64,000 nt of DNA, from assembly GCA_045660825.1 (NCBI GenBank), contig JAZREN010000060.1:30709-94708 (forward strand), in the 5' to 3' direction. Position 1 is the stretch's first letter, and each line of letters starts with the position of its first letter. Position numbers and translations under genes: made by a program. Shown here one piece after another: positions 30,039 through 40,501 of the stretch. The notes beneath the pieces were generated by a model, which was not told the origin of the DNA, searched no databases, and saw only the letters and a list, made by a program, of their open reading frames with translations. The stretch is from Bacteroidaceae bacterium (GTDB lineage Bacteria; Bacteroidota; Bacteroidia; Bacteroidales; Bacteroidaceae).

Positions 30039-30554
30039 TTATTCTGAATATCCCAATTTTACAAGCACCTCGTTGCTTATATCGATGGAAGGTGACGAAT
30101 ATATGAGGCTCACAGCCGATGATTTGTCAAACACCATTGTATACTTTTTTAAATCGCATATATCCTTGATGGCATTGTACACCTCTTCCTGAATTGGCGC
30201 CATGAGACTCTCGCGTTTCTTGTACACCTCGCCGGTGGGACCAAAGTAGTGACGTTTGAGTTCGCTTGCCTCCTTTTCCTTGGCAAGGATAGCCTCTTCG
30301 CGCGCAATGCGCTGGGCATCAGAGAGGAATGCCGACTCACTCTGGTACTTCTTGTAAAGCGTCTCGGCCTCCTGCATGAGTTCATCAATCTCGCCCTGCC
30401 AACGTCTTGACTGCTGGTTGAGCTGTTCGTTGGCACGCTCATATGCAGGGATATTCTTGAGTATATACTCCATGTCAACGGTAACATATTTCTGCGCACT
30501 TGCACCTGCAATGGCAAGCAGGCATACAAAAACTGTAAGGAATAGCTTTTTCAT
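30039..30554 (-). CDS. OmpH family outer membrane protein (Skp-like chaperone)
   Basis: MKKLFLTVFVCLLAIAGASAQKYVTVDMEYILKNIPAY.... The start was trimmed to the ATG at 30554 because the track ORF would overlap bamA by 184 nt. Confidence 0.8.
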   Translation of the reverse strand: MKKLFLTVFVCLLAIAGASAQKYVTVDMEYILKNIPAYERANEQLNQQSRRWQGEIDELMQEAETLYKKYQSESAFLSDAQRIAREEAILAKEKEASELKRHYFGPTGEVYKKRESLMAPIQEEVYNAIKDICDLKKYTMVFDKSSAVSLIYSSPSIDISNEVLVKLGYSE

Positions 30555-30571
30555 AATAGTCTGTTTTATCG

Positions 30572-33205
30572 TTAAAATTCCTGTCCCAAAATGAAGTGGA
30601 AATGACTGCCACCCCATTGTGACGAACCAAATACCTTGTCGAAACCATAAGCCCAGTCGATACCGATGAGACCAATCATCTGCAAGAACACACGCACACC
30701 CACACCGGCACTGCGCTTGAGGTCGAACATGTTGAACTTGGTTGCATCGGTCCATGCATTACCGGCCTCAACAAAAGCCAAGCCATAGATACTTGTAGCG
30801 TTCTGCAACATGAATGGGAAACGCAGCTCCAGACCAAGACGCGCATAGGCATAACCCTCGTAGCCATATGGTGTCAAGCTACCGTTCTCATAACCGCGCA
30901 ATGCAATCATGTCGGTTGCATAGTTGTACGAGTATCCACTCATACCGTCACCACCAACATAGAAGGTCTCGAACGGTGATTTCTTGTTCTTGTCATAACT
31001 GCCAAGGATACCGAAATCTGCACGTGTCATCAACACAAGGTTATACTTGCCGGGTGTGAGCGAGGTATATGTCTTGCTACGGAATTTAATCTTGTAATAC
31101 TCAATCCACTTGTGTTTGTCGCGGAGCTCATCCTTGTACTGTGGAGAGTTGACATTTGTTGCAAGGTTTGCATAGTCCTTACCATCCCATGCCGAATATG
31201 GCGGTGTTGCCGAGGCCACCAGAGAGAACTCTGAACCCTGACGTGGGAAATATGGGTGGTCAACAGTGCTTCGTCCAAGTGACAACTGTACATTCAAGTT
31301 GTTACATACACCATCGGTAATGAGGAAATACTGCCAATTCTTGAGGTTATACACCTGATAGTTCAACTCGGCCGACAGGGTGAAGTTGTCATCGGGCCAG
31401 TTCAGACGACGTCCCCAACCCAAAGATGCACCATACATCTTAATATACTTGTCAGGGTCATAGTATGACGACACATTGTTATATCCATAGCCATCGTAGT
31501 TGCCATAGCCATAGAGGTAGTTGTAGTAGTTATTGTAGTAGGCCGAATTGTAATAGCTGTCGGCAACGTCGGTCTGCATTGAGAAGAATGCCGAGAACGA
31601 AAGCGAATTCGGACGCTTGCGGCCAAACCATGGGTCGAAGAAATTGATGCTGTACGACTGGTAGTAACGACCGTTGGTCTGTGCACTGATGGCAAATGTC
31701 TGACCATCGCCCTGTGGGATTATACCACGGCGCACACCATCCCTGCGGAAGAGATTACGCATTGAGAAGTTGGTGAACTTCAATGACAGCTTTCCAATGA
31801 CACCCGTCTGTCCCCAACCTGCCGACAACTCAATCTGGTCACTGCTCTTTGGTTCGAGTTTCCAGTTCATGTCAACAGTTCCGTTTTCAGGATTGGGCAC
31901 AGCTCCCGGATCAATCTTCTCGGGGTCAAAGTGTCCCATGTTCGCAATATTACGCCATGAACGCTCAAGTGCATTCATTGAGAAGAGGCTACCCGGCAAT
32001 GTATACAGCTCGCGGCGCACCACCTCCTCATATACGCGGTCATTGCCACTGATGGTTACACGGTCAATTGTTGCCTGTACGCCCTCGGCCACACGTATTT
32101 CCACATCGACTGAGTCATTCTCTATCTTTGCCTCTACCGGCAAAGCGTTGAAGAAGACATATCCCTCGTTGTAGTACATATTCTTGACAGCATCCTCGTC
32201 GTTCAAGAGGCGGTTCTCAAGTTCATTCTGGTCATACACATCACCGGCCTTCATGCGCAACACATAATCGAGATGAGCAGTCGAATAGACACTGTTGCCC
32301 ACCCATTTAATACTGCGGATATGGTACTGGCTACCCTCCTCCACTGTAAGATATATGTCTACGCTCTTGTCATCGAACTGCACCACGCTGTCCTTTACAA
32401 TGCGGGCGTCACGATAACCGTTCTCGTAATAGCGTGCAAGGATTTTCTCTTTGTCCTCGGCATACTGGTCCTCGGTAAATTTCTTTGACCTGAAAAGTGT
32501 GTATATCAAGTTGTCCCAACGGGTCTTCTCGCGGGTCTTCTTCATCGCATACCTCACCTTCTTGTCCGAGAGAGCACTTGTACCTTCTATATATATGCGA
32601 TTAATCTTGATTTTCTCGTTCTTTGAAATCTCAACATCCACAATCATGCGGTTATCCTCGGTGACATCGGGGCGCTGCACAAACTTCACCTCGGCATTCT
32701 TGTAGCCCTTGTCGTCGTAGTAGTTCTTGATAACTTTTTCGGCACGCGAAATGATATCGGGAGTGATGTGGCCGCCCGGATGGATGCCCAACTTGGGCTC
32801 CAATTCCTCACGCTCACTCTTCTTTATACCATTTATATTGAGTTGAGACACACGCGGACGCTGTCTGAGAGCTATTCCCAAGTAAATATAGTTGCCCTTG
32901 ATACTGTCTGCTGTGATGCTGACATCCTCAAATAGGCCATGTTTCCAATAGCGTTTGATAGCAGTTGTCACCTCTTCACCCGGCACAGATATAACATCGC
33001 CGATAGAGAGACCAGACAAGCCTATCACCACCGATGGCTCAAGGTTCTCTACTCCCGAAAGGTTTATGCCGCCAATGGTATATTTGCGCGCCGCACCTGT
33101 ATATAATATCGTTGGCTTGACAATCACCTCCTGCGCTGACGATGTTAGCGAGAGAGTTGCCAAGACAACCAAAAGAGTCGTTTTCAAAAACGGTAAAAAT
33201 CTCAT
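30572..33205 (-). CDS. bamA: Outer membrane protein assembly factor BamA
   Basis: 877 aa, with POTRA repeats and then a 16-strand barrel ending ...[10 protein letters not shown]. Lies in the conserved uppS-bamA-ompH context. Confidence 0.93.
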   Translation of the reverse strand: MRFLPFLKTTLLVVLATLSLTSSAQEVIVKPTILYTGAARKYTIGGINLSGVENLEPSVVIGLSGLSIGDVISVPGEEVTTAIKRYWKHGLFEDVSITADSIKGNYIYLGIALRQRPRVSQLNINGIKKSEREELEPKLGIHPGGHITPDIISRAEKVIKNYYDDKGYKNAEVKFVQRPDVTEDNRMIVDVEISKNEKIKINRIYIEGTSALSDKKVRYAMKKTREKTRWDNLIYTLFRSKKFTEDQYAEDKEKILARYYENGYRDARIVKDSVVQFDDKSVDIYLTVEEGSQYHIRSIKWVGNSVYSTAHLDYVLRMKAGDVYDQNELENRLLNDEDAVKNMYYNEGYVFFNALPVEAKIENDSVDVEIRVAEGVQATIDRVTISGNDRVYEEVVRRELYTLPGSLFSMNALERSWRNIANMGHFDPEKIDPGAVPNPENGTVDMNWKLEPKSSDQIELSAGWGQTGVIGKLSLKFTNFSMRNLFRRDGVRRGIIPQGDGQTFAISAQTNGRYYQSYSINFFDPWFGRKRPNSLSFSAFFSMQTDVADSYYNSAYYNNYYNYLYGYGNYDGYGYNNVSSYYDPDKYIKMYGASLGWGRRLNWPDDNFTLSAELNYQVYNLKNWQYFLITDGVCNNLNVQLSLGRSTVDHPYFPRQGSEFSLVASATPPYSAWDGKDYANLATNVNSPQYKDELRDKHKWIEYYKIKFRSKTYTSLTPGKYNLVLMTRADFGILGSYDKNKKSPFETFYVGGDGMSGYSYNYATDMIALRGYENGSLTPYGYEGYAYARLGLELRFPFMLQNATSIYGLAFVEAGNAWTDATKFNMFDLKRSAGVGVRVFLQMIGLIGIDWAYGFDKVFGSSQWGGSHFHFILGQEF

Positions 33206-33960
33206 CCTATTAGTGTATTTTCATCATTTGTCACTTGTTCACCAGTCAGGCCATAACGGCGCTGACGGCTCTGGTATTCATATATCGCCTTACAAAGTTC
33301 TTCCTTGTTGAAATCGGGCCAGAGAACCTCGGTAAAATAGAACTCGGCATACGCAAGTTGCCACAACAGGAAGTTGCTCAAACGCTGCTCCTTGCCTGTG
33401 CGTATGAGCAGATCGGGGTCGGGCATAAAGGATGTCGCCAAAGCGTCATCAATGGTCCTGTCAGTTATGTCGGCAAGCTCCATGCTGCCGTCCTTCACCT
33501 TTGAGGCAATACTGCGCACAGCCTCGGTAAGTTCCCACTTCGAAGAGTAGCTCAAAGCAAGCACAAGAGTCATTGAATCATTCTTTGCCGTGCGCTCCAC
33601 GCAACCGTTCAATCGGTCACGAACATTATCGGGCAGCATACTCATGTCACCGATTATGCGGAACGCAACGTTGTGCTTTACAAAAAGTTCCTCCTCAACC
33701 GACTCGAAGAGCAATGCCATCAATGCAGCAACCTCGGCAATAGGACGCTTCCAGTTCTCGGTTGAAAAAGTATAAAGGGTCAGATACTTGACTCCAAGTT
33801 TCAACGCATCCTCTACCAGCTGACGCACTGCAGCCGCGCCGGCCTGATGTCCCTCATGACGCTCCTTACCACGGAGCTGCGCCCAACGGCCATTGCCATC
33901 CATAATGATGGCAATGTGCTGTGGCACCCTATCCATATCTATCTTTTCAATATAGTTCAT
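33202..33960 (-). CDS. uppS: Isoprenyl transferase (undecaprenyl-diphosphate synthase)
   Basis: Carries [26 protein letters not shown] and [15 protein letters not shown]. Its stop overlaps the bamA start (ATGA). Confidence 0.93.
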   Translation of the reverse strand: MNYIEKIDMDRVPQHIAIIMDGNGRWAQLRGKERHEGHQAGAAAVRQLVEDALKLGVKYLTLYTFSTENWKRPIAEVAALMALLFESVEEELFVKHNVAFRIIGDMSMLPDNVRDRLNGCVERTAKNDSMTLVLALSYSSKWELTEAVRSIASKVKDGSMELADITDRTIDDALATSFMPDPDLLIRTGKEQRLSNFLLWQLAYAEFYFTEVLWPDFNKEELCKAIYEYQSRQRRYGLTGEQVTNDENTLIG

Positions 33961-33967
33961 GGCTATA

Positions 33968-34669
33968 TCAATTGTTACATTTTCTATATTTGGGTGACAA
34001 ATCGTACGTCACAAAAAGTGACAGGAACGAATAGCCATCCTTGTTTTTCATAATTCCGCTTTCTATGCCATACGGGTCGTCCAATGTCGCCCCACCCTTA
34101 TATGTCACATCCAAGTTGTCACTGAATGTAAAACGATAGGAGAGTTCGCATCCCACATTCAAACGCGGCATCACCTTCCATTTCAATCCCACGCCCACCG
34201 GAATATTAGGTGTAAAGACATGCTTTGCCGGAGCCGGAGCGTAAGTCAATCCAACACCCACAAGGGCATATGGTGCCAATCTGTGCGAGCGCTTATAGCC
34301 GGTACCATCGCCGTAAGCAAGAAAATGACACTCATACTGTGCGCCAAGCTCATACAACATGCGGCCGAAATTCACTTCGCCGGCAGGAAAAACATTCTCG
34401 CCACCAGCAGTTGTACCCGAAATGCGTGCAACTGCCAGGTTCGCCTTCACCGCCATACGCGGATTGATGTTATAACGGAAAAGCGCACCACCCATCACAT
34501 TAAAATTGTTAAACGGCGACGAATAGTTGGCGTCGCCATAATATGTTGCGCCACCAATCATCGCTCCAACCTCATACCTGTATTCAAGTCCATCGGCACG
34601 CACACCGGCAGCAAAGCACAACATCATTGCGCCCATAACCACACTGCGTACCAATGCCTTCAATCCCAT
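33968..34669 (-). CDS. Small outer-membrane beta-barrel protein (DUF6089-like)
   Basis: Signal peptide, alternating hydrophobic beta-strand pattern and an aromatic C-terminal region. Sits upstream of uppS, as in other Bacteroidota. The family name is from memory. Confidence 0.5.
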   Translation of the reverse strand: MGLKALVRSVVMGAMMLCFAAGVRADGLEYRYEVGAMIGGATYYGDANYSSPFNNFNVMGGALFRYNINPRMAVKANLAVARISGTTAGGENVFPAGEVNFGRMLYELGAQYECHFLAYGDGTGYKRSHRLAPYALVGVGLTYAPAPAKHVFTPNIPVGVGLKWKVMPRLNVGCELSYRFTFSDNLDVTYKGGATLDDPYGIESGIMKNKDGYSFLSLFVTYDLSPKYRKCNN

Positions 34670-34673
34670 ACTC

Positions 34674-36032
34674 TCACTTCTTGAAACCCAAACGGTTTAT
34701 TATTCCCTTAAACACAAATGGATCTTCACCTGCACACACTACCCAAATCATATTGTTCGAATCCACGGTTGCCACAAAAGGAGCATCGCACCCCTGCAGG
34801 TCGGCAGGCATACGCTGATAAAAATCGTCTGGAGCCTTCCAGGTTATGCCGTTGTCACGTGAAATGTAGAAAGCCGAGAAGGCATCAACCTCCTCACCCT
34901 GAGCAGTGCCTGCACCACCAAAGGCATAGAGAAAATCATCGTAACGAAGCACTGTCAAACCTTTCAGTGAAGGACACTGGAACGGTTTGTTCACATTCTC
35001 ATACTTCACCCAAACGTCCTCGGTAGACAATCGGCTCCAAACTGTAGCCTTAGCGTCCTTTGCCTCATTGTCATAACCTACAAGCATATATCGCACAATG
35101 CCACTGTTATGCTCCAATACATATGACGCTATTGACACACCGTAAACAGGGAAACCGGCAGGCAAAGCACCGGCAGACTCATAGCTGACGCCGTCATAGG
35201 TAACAAACAGTTCGTCAGCTGTTGCCACCCACATCTTGCCATCATTGTCCGATGTGCCTACAATAGCAAGCATTCCACTTGCGCCGTAGGCCAAAGACCA
35301 CTCTGAGCCATTGGTTGATGTGTAGATTCCATCGGCAGCAACAACATAAAGCGCGCCGCCAAATGACTGAACTGTTGCAAGGTCTGCAGTTCCTGGCAAG
35401 CCGGCAATTTCAGTCTGCGTCCAAGAAGGAGCACCCTGCAAATCTGTTGTAGCAAGCACAAACTTATCATCCTCTTTACCGAACAGGCACATTCTGTTGT
35501 CGATATCAAGCGCACGAAGCGGCGCGAAAGAGGCCCCCACTGACGGGTATTTGTTCCACACCATCTTTTCAGGATCAACCTGATGTACATTTACCGAAAT
35601 GGTGTAATCTTTGTAATACTCTCCATCGGTAGATGTTATACGTACTATTCGTGGAGATGTAAAATCGATCGAGTCGGTTGAAAGGAAAGCATCGAACGCG
35701 GCAAGGCTGTCGACATATATCTTCGCGTATCCCGACAATCCCATACTGAAAGTCACCTTGTCAACTTTCGTTGCAAATGGCAAAGAATCGACATTATAGA
35801 CCTCACCGGTAGCCTGATTGATAGAAAAGGCATATGAACTGCCCTGTATGGTCTTTGTTGTTATTGTGTCTGCGCCGTCAGATGTAAACGTCGGATATTG
35901 GGAAGTTATATTACCAATGCTGAATGATTTGAGGATGGCATATGGCGACGAGGCTGTATCATCAACATCATTAAAGCACGAGGTAAAGACCAACGCCAAC
36001 ATTGAAAGAAATATCGCTAAACTCTTTTTCAT
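34674..36032 (-). CDS. Lipoprotein of unknown function (probable beta-propeller C-domain)
   Basis: Lipobox LALVFTSCFNDVDD. The C-terminal half has repeated W/G-rich blades. ATG at 36032. Confidence 0.5.
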   Translation of the reverse strand: MKKSLAIFLSMLALVFTSCFNDVDDTASSPYAILKSFSIGNITSQYPTFTSDGADTITTKTIQGSSYAFSINQATGEVYNVDSLPFATKVDKVTFSMGLSGYAKIYVDSLAAFDAFLSTDSIDFTSPRIVRITSTDGEYYKDYTISVNVHQVDPEKMVWNKYPSVGASFAPLRALDIDNRMCLFGKEDDKFVLATTDLQGAPSWTQTEIAGLPGTADLATVQSFGGALYVVAADGIYTSTNGSEWSLAYGASGMLAIVGTSDNDGKMWVATADELFVTYDGVSYESAGALPAGFPVYGVSIASYVLEHNSGIVRYMLVGYDNEAKDAKATVWSRLSTEDVWVKYENVNKPFQCPSLKGLTVLRYDDFLYAFGGAGTAQGEEVDAFSAFYISRDNGITWKAPDDFYQRMPADLQGCDAPFVATVDSNNMIWVVCAGEDPFVFKGIINRLGFKK

Positions 36033-36124
36033 ACAAATTTGCACTTTACGTTCAATTTGCAAAAATAGCAACAATTTTCGGTTTAAGCGATATTTAAAGC
36101 TATATTTATAATATTTTAAAATTA

Positions 36125-37189
36125 TTAAGGAGTTTTTTGCCTATTGAAGTGCAGAATTTCATTACCGGCGAGCAATTTGCGCGAATCGGGGGAGTCCGAC
36201 GGGAACGATGGGGCGACCACACCGCTTCCCAGCTCAAGAGAGTGGTTGACCTCGACGCGAGCCTCATCCCACAAAGAAGCATTCATGAATGACTGGAGCA
36301 CAGTGGCACCACCCTCAACAAGCAGGCTGTTGACCTTGACCGAATGCAGATGTTCAAGAATCTGAGGAATGAGCGGCGCATTGAAATCAAGCACCACTTG
36401 TTCAACATTTTTACCAAACTTACCTTCTTTTTCACAGGCCGTGTACACAACCGTAGGCAACGAACCGTCAAAAATCCTTAAACCAGAAGGCAAGGACCCC
36501 GACTTGTCCATCACCAGACGCAACGGCGAACGTCCAGCCCAATGGCGTATATCAAGTGACGGATCATCGAGCAGCGCAGTGTGACGGCCAACCAATATTG
36601 CATCGTGCTGTGCACGCAGTTTATGCACTGCCACCTGTGACACGGGAGACGAAATTTTGGCTGCCGAGCCGCCATCACGCAATAAATCAATGTATCCATC
36701 GGAACTTTGCGCCCACTTTAGTGTCACATAAGGGCGCTTATATATCTGCGACGTAAAGAAAGCACGGTTCAACTGCAGACACTCCTTCTCAAGCACACCC
36801 ACAGTCACATCTATTCCTGCAGCGCGCATGCGTTCAATGCCGGCACCATTCACTTGGGAGTTCGGATCGGCCGACCCAATAACCACACGTGGTATTCCAC
36901 GTGCTATTATCATATCACAACATGGCGGTGTCTTGCCGTAATGGGAACAGGGTTCAAGGCTCACATACATTGTCGAACGTGCGAGCAAAGGCAGGTTCTC
37001 ATCAGCCACCGAATTAACAGCATTCACTTCGGCATGCGGCTCACCTGCGCGAATGTGGTAACCCTCACCAATAATGCGACCGTCGCAGACTATCACCGCA
37101 CCCACCATAGGATTGGGCGAAGTACTGCCGGCGCCACAACCGGCGAGCTGCAGACATCGCTTCATATACAATTCGTCAACGTCATTCAT
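36125..37189 (-). CDS. ribD: Bifunctional riboflavin biosynthesis deaminase/reductase RibD
   Basis: Deaminase zinc motifs HAEVNA and PCSHYGKTPPC, followed by a reductase domain. Confidence 0.92.
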   Translation of the reverse strand: MNDVDELYMKRCLQLAGCGAGSTSPNPMVGAVIVCDGRIIGEGYHIRAGEPHAEVNAVNSVADENLPLLARSTMYVSLEPCSHYGKTPPCCDMIIARGIPRVVIGSADPNSQVNGAGIERMRAAGIDVTVGVLEKECLQLNRAFFTSQIYKRPYVTLKWAQSSDGYIDLLRDGGSAAKISSPVSQVAVHKLRAQHDAILVGRHTALLDDPSLDIRHWAGRSPLRLVMDKSGSLPSGLRIFDGSLPTVVYTACEKEGKFGKNVEQVVLDFNAPLIPQILEHLHSVKVNSLLVEGGATVLQSFMNASLWDEARVEVNHSLELGSGVVAPSFPSDSPDSRKLLAGNEILHFNRQKTP

Positions 37190-37222
37190 ATGTAAGTTAT
37201 TTTTACCAAACCGTCACCGGCT

Positions 37223-37882
37223 TTATATTTCAATCTTCTCACCCAGAAATTTAGGTTTCTTGCCAACAATTATGTCGACATACATCTTGGTGCGCGCAAG
37301 AGCCTCGCGTCCGACACCAAAGAACAGATATGTCCTGGAATGTTTTATATCCTTGGCATCAAAGCCAATGGCATCAATACCATACCACGATGCAAGACAC
37401 ACAGCCCTAGCATTGTGAAATCCTTGCGATACGATAGTAATGCTTTCCTGTCCGAATATCTCCTTACATCTGACCACAGAATCCAAAGTCCTGAAACCTG
37501 CGTAGTCCAACACTATGTCAGATTCGGTAATTCCATGCTCCATCAATGCGTTCTTCATATATTGAGGCTCGTCGTAGTTTTTGCTTGAATTGTCGCCACT
37601 CAACAGGAACTTTGAAACTTTCCCGGCCCTGTAGAGTTCCACGCACGCATCTATCCTGTATTTGAAATAATAGTTTTGGCCTCCGCTTGGAGTTAGCGGA
37701 TTGGTTCCAAGAACCAACGCCACACGATTGTATGGGACATCGTCAACATTGCCGTATCGCTTATTGCGGCTCTTTGCCTCAACTGCCCAATATGAGATTG
37801 CAACAACCATAATCGCCAGCAACAACAAGGCGACAAGAACAAGCACAACAATCATAGCTCTTTTAAGAATTTGATTTTCCAT
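37223..37882 (-). CDS. SanA/YdcF (DUF218) family protein
   Basis: N-terminal TM anchor and a DUF218 core (VLGT..., LLSGDNS, IVSQGFHNARA). Confidence 0.72.
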   Translation of the reverse strand: MENQILKRAMIVVLVLVALLLLAIMVVAISYWAVEAKSRNKRYGNVDDVPYNRVALVLGTNPLTPSGGQNYYFKYRIDACVELYRAGKVSKFLLSGDNSSKNYDEPQYMKNALMEHGITESDIVLDYAGFRTLDSVVRCKEIFGQESITIVSQGFHNARAVCLASWYGIDAIGFDAKDIKHSRTYLFFGVGREALARTKMYVDIIVGKKPKFLGEKIEI

Positions 37883-37927
37883 TGCAAAAATAACGGTTAT
37901 ACAAGCAGGACCAACAAAGGTCCGCTA

Positions 37928-38767
37928 TTATTTCACACTCTTACCTACACTTTTCAATGTCACCAGGACAATCTCGCTCGGCACACAGAAGCGCACCTTG
38001 CGTCTTGATGTACCCACTCCGTTGGTTGTTATCATCGTAGTGCCATTAGTAGTCCGGTTCCTGCCACGCAGGAAACGCCTGCCATAGCGCGTATTCTTCA
38101 CAGGTGTATAAAGCCCGAACAGCGACACCTGCCCCCCGTGAGTGTGACCTGCAAAAGCCAGGTCTGCAGTCAACGAATGTCGCTCGACAAAATCGGGATT
38201 ATGAGTGAGCAATATCAAGAAATCCAGGTCATTCGCGCGTTCCATATACTGCGCGAAAAGCGTGTCGTCCGCAAAACTGTCATACACACCGGCTATACCC
38301 AATTCGCCGCCATCATCAAAAATCATATATTGAATCGTTCCGTCAAGCAGCATGACACCATTTTCACCCATAGCCTTTCTTATCATCGATTCGTTGCGCT
38401 TATCATGATTACCTAGCACTGCGTACGTCCCCAAAGAGGTTTTCACCGCCGAAAGCGACTTGAACAAGGTATCTATAGAATCATTATCAGTCACATAGTC
38501 CCCACCAAGGAGCAAAGCATCCGGCGACTCTTTCTGCAAGCGACGCACTAGTTTTCCCAAACGTTTGGGAGTAAACAAACTCGGATAATGCAAATCGGAC
38601 ACAAAAGCAAATTTCCAGCCATCGAACTCTTCAGAAACACTCTCCTCGGCAAACGTATAGCGCTTCACACGCCCCACGCCGTTTGGAGACAAGGAGGCAC
38701 AAGACGAAATCAGCAGCATTACTGCTGCCAATATCGCAAATTGTATAAAAGTATTTCTTGACCTCAT
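37928..38767 (-). CDS. Metallophosphoesterase (calcineurin-like), lipoprotein-type signal
   Basis: Carries SDLHY, GGDYV, GNHD and GHTHGGQ motifs. The ATG at 38767 overlaps the ispF stop (ATGA), and the resulting signal is MRSRNTFIQFAILAAVMLLISSCAS. Confidence 0.8.
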   Translation of the reverse strand: MRSRNTFIQFAILAAVMLLISSCASLSPNGVGRVKRYTFAEESVSEEFDGWKFAFVSDLHYPSLFTPKRLGKLVRRLQKESPDALLLGGDYVTDNDSIDTLFKSLSAVKTSLGTYAVLGNHDKRNESMIRKAMGENGVMLLDGTIQYMIFDDGGELGIAGVYDSFADDTLFAQYMERANDLDFLILLTHNPDFVERHSLTADLAFAGHTHGGQVSLFGLYTPVKNTRYGRRFLRGRNRTTNGTTMITTNGVGTSRRKVRFCVPSEIVLVTLKSVGKSVK

Positions 38768-39237
38768 TTGCTTATAAGCACCGTTGCATAGGCGGTTATT
38801 CCCTCCTTGCGCCCCTCGAAACCAAGTTTCTCGGTTGTCGTTGCCTTTACCGACACACAATCGACATCAATGCCAAGCACATCGGCCATGGCCTGCTGCA
38901 TTGCGGGAATGTGCGGATTCAGTTTTGGTACCTGCGCTGCCACAGTAGAGTCAATATTGCCAATGCTGTAACCTTTCTCCTTCAGCAGCTCGGCAGTGCG
39001 ACGTAGGAGAATCTTGCTGTCGATATTCAGGAACTCATCGGAATTGTCGGGGAACTGATAGCCAATGTCGCGCAGATTGGCCGCACCCAACAGCGCATCG
39101 CATATGGCGTGTATGAGCACATCGGCATCTGAATGCCCTGCCAAGCCATACTCATAGGGTATCTTCACACCACCAATCCAAAGGTCGCGCCCCTCAACAA
39201 ACTTATGCACATCAATACCAAAACCAACTCTTATCAT
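38764..39237 (-). CDS. ispF: 2-C-methyl-D-erythritol 2,4-cyclodiphosphate synthase
   Basis: MIRVGFGIDVHKF...GHSDADVLIHAICDALLGA, 157 aa. Confidence 0.95.
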   Translation of the reverse strand: MIRVGFGIDVHKFVEGRDLWIGGVKIPYEYGLAGHSDADVLIHAICDALLGAANLRDIGYQFPDNSDEFLNIDSKILLRRTAELLKEKGYSIGNIDSTVAAQVPKLNPHIPAMQQAMADVLGIDVDCVSVKATTTEKLGFEGRKEGITAYATVLISK

Positions 39238-39249
39238 ATCAATAATTTT

Positions 39250-40443
39250 TTATCTACGGAAAAGATCCTTCAAGCCATCCAGGTCGAACGAGAGCGAGAA
39301 ACGCAATGTCTGGTCGAGCGGGTTGCTCTGCGCTGTAGAAATAAGGTATGCAGCATCGAGCGAGAACACACTCATGCGGAATCCCGCACCAAGGGTGAAA
39401 TACTTTCTGTTTCCCTTGTATGCATCCTCATAGTGATAACCGGCACGCAACGAGAACTGCTGATTATAGCAGTATTCAAGACCTATACCGCCATATATCT
39501 CTCTCAACTCTTCCTTGAAACCTCCGGGAGCATCGGCAAACGACTTGAATATGCCCGAAATTGAAGAGATGTCATTATAGCCTGTACCATCAAGCCATGC
39601 CTGATACTCAGAGTAGCGACTGTTGTCATCCACACCGGGAGCAGGATTCTCCTCCAGGAACTGGTTGTATGAAGGTTTCGTTGGAACCAACAATTTATTG
39701 AGGTCAAAACTGATTGACAATGTGTTATACTCGTCAAAAGGCAAAAGTAACGATGCACCCAAACGCAGGTTAGTTGGAATAAACTCATTTGTTGAGCCGC
39801 CATCGTATGAAATCTTTGTACCTATATTTGAAATATTCATACCAAGACCCAACAGACACTCGCGATTACCCATGAACAGATACTTGTTATAGTAGAGTGC
39901 AATGTCGGCAGCAAAAGCGTGTCCGGGTGACATATCCTCGGTGTAGTCATACTGCAGGTCACTGAATATATATCGCAAGCCAATGGCTGCCGAGAATGTC
40001 TCGGAGAGCATACGTGAATACGCAAGATCAAAAGCCAACTCATAGGGTTTGATGGTCATCTCATTCTCCACGAACACCTCACCTAGCGAGAAGTATGTCA
40101 ATGACGAACTCAAGGCCGAATAGTCGCCAATGCGGTAGAAACCTGCAAGGTTCACAAGGTCGATATCACTCACCAACTGACGGAGCCATGGGGTATATGA
40201 CATTGACACGCCGGCGCGCGCAATGTTGAACGGATACTTCGCAGGGTTCCAATATTGCGAGTTTGCATCGGGCTCGGTAGCCACACCCACATCACCAAGC
40301 GCACCGGCACGTGCATCGGGAGCGATGGAAAGCGATGTTACACCTGTATATACCGGGTTGAGCTGCGTCTTCGCATCCTGTGCAAAGACCGGAACGGCCA
40401 TCACGACCAATAGAAACCAAACTATTATGTTATTCTTTGTCAT
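39250..40443 (-). CDS. porV: Type IX secretion system outer-membrane shuttle/channel protein PorV (LptO)
   Basis: About 397-aa FadL-like barrel. The N-terminus ...LSIAPDARAGALGDVGVATEPDANSQYWNPAKY is the PorV signature, and the gene lies immediately downstream of porU. Confidence 0.85.
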   Translation of the reverse strand: MTKNNIIVWFLLVVMAVPVFAQDAKTQLNPVYTGVTSLSIAPDARAGALGDVGVATEPDANSQYWNPAKYPFNIARAGVSMSYTPWLRQLVSDIDLVNLAGFYRIGDYSALSSSLTYFSLGEVFVENEMTIKPYELAFDLAYSRMLSETFSAAIGLRYIFSDLQYDYTEDMSPGHAFAADIALYYNKYLFMGNRECLLGLGMNISNIGTKISYDGGSTNEFIPTNLRLGASLLLPFDEYNTLSISFDLNKLLVPTKPSYNQFLEENPAPGVDDNSRYSEYQAWLDGTGYNDISSISGIFKSFADAPGGFKEELREIYGGIGLEYCYNQQFSLRAGYHYEDAYKGNRKYFTLGAGFRMSVFSLDAAYLISTAQSNPLDQTLRFSLSFDLDGLKDLFRR

Positions 40444-40501
40444 ATCTGTTTTTTTTCGCTATGCATACAGCATTTTGCACATTATATAACTATTTTTTCA
40501 C

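Noticed and set aside
30555-30755. N-terminal extension of the first ompH ORF (track start 30755), plus similar TTG/GTG-extended starts elsewhere (4646, 7091, 16295, 16315, 25500, 29381, 29984, 36074, 38860, 44887, 47191, 55602).
   Set aside because: The extensions overlap upstream genes or promoters and precede an internal ATG that yields a canonical signal peptide or a conserved N-terminus. The shorter starts were used.
37190-37222. An FMN riboswitch upstream of ribD.
   Set aside because: Only 33 nt separate ribD from the upstream SanA-like gene. There is no room for the ~130-nt RFN element, so ribD appears to be co-transcribed.
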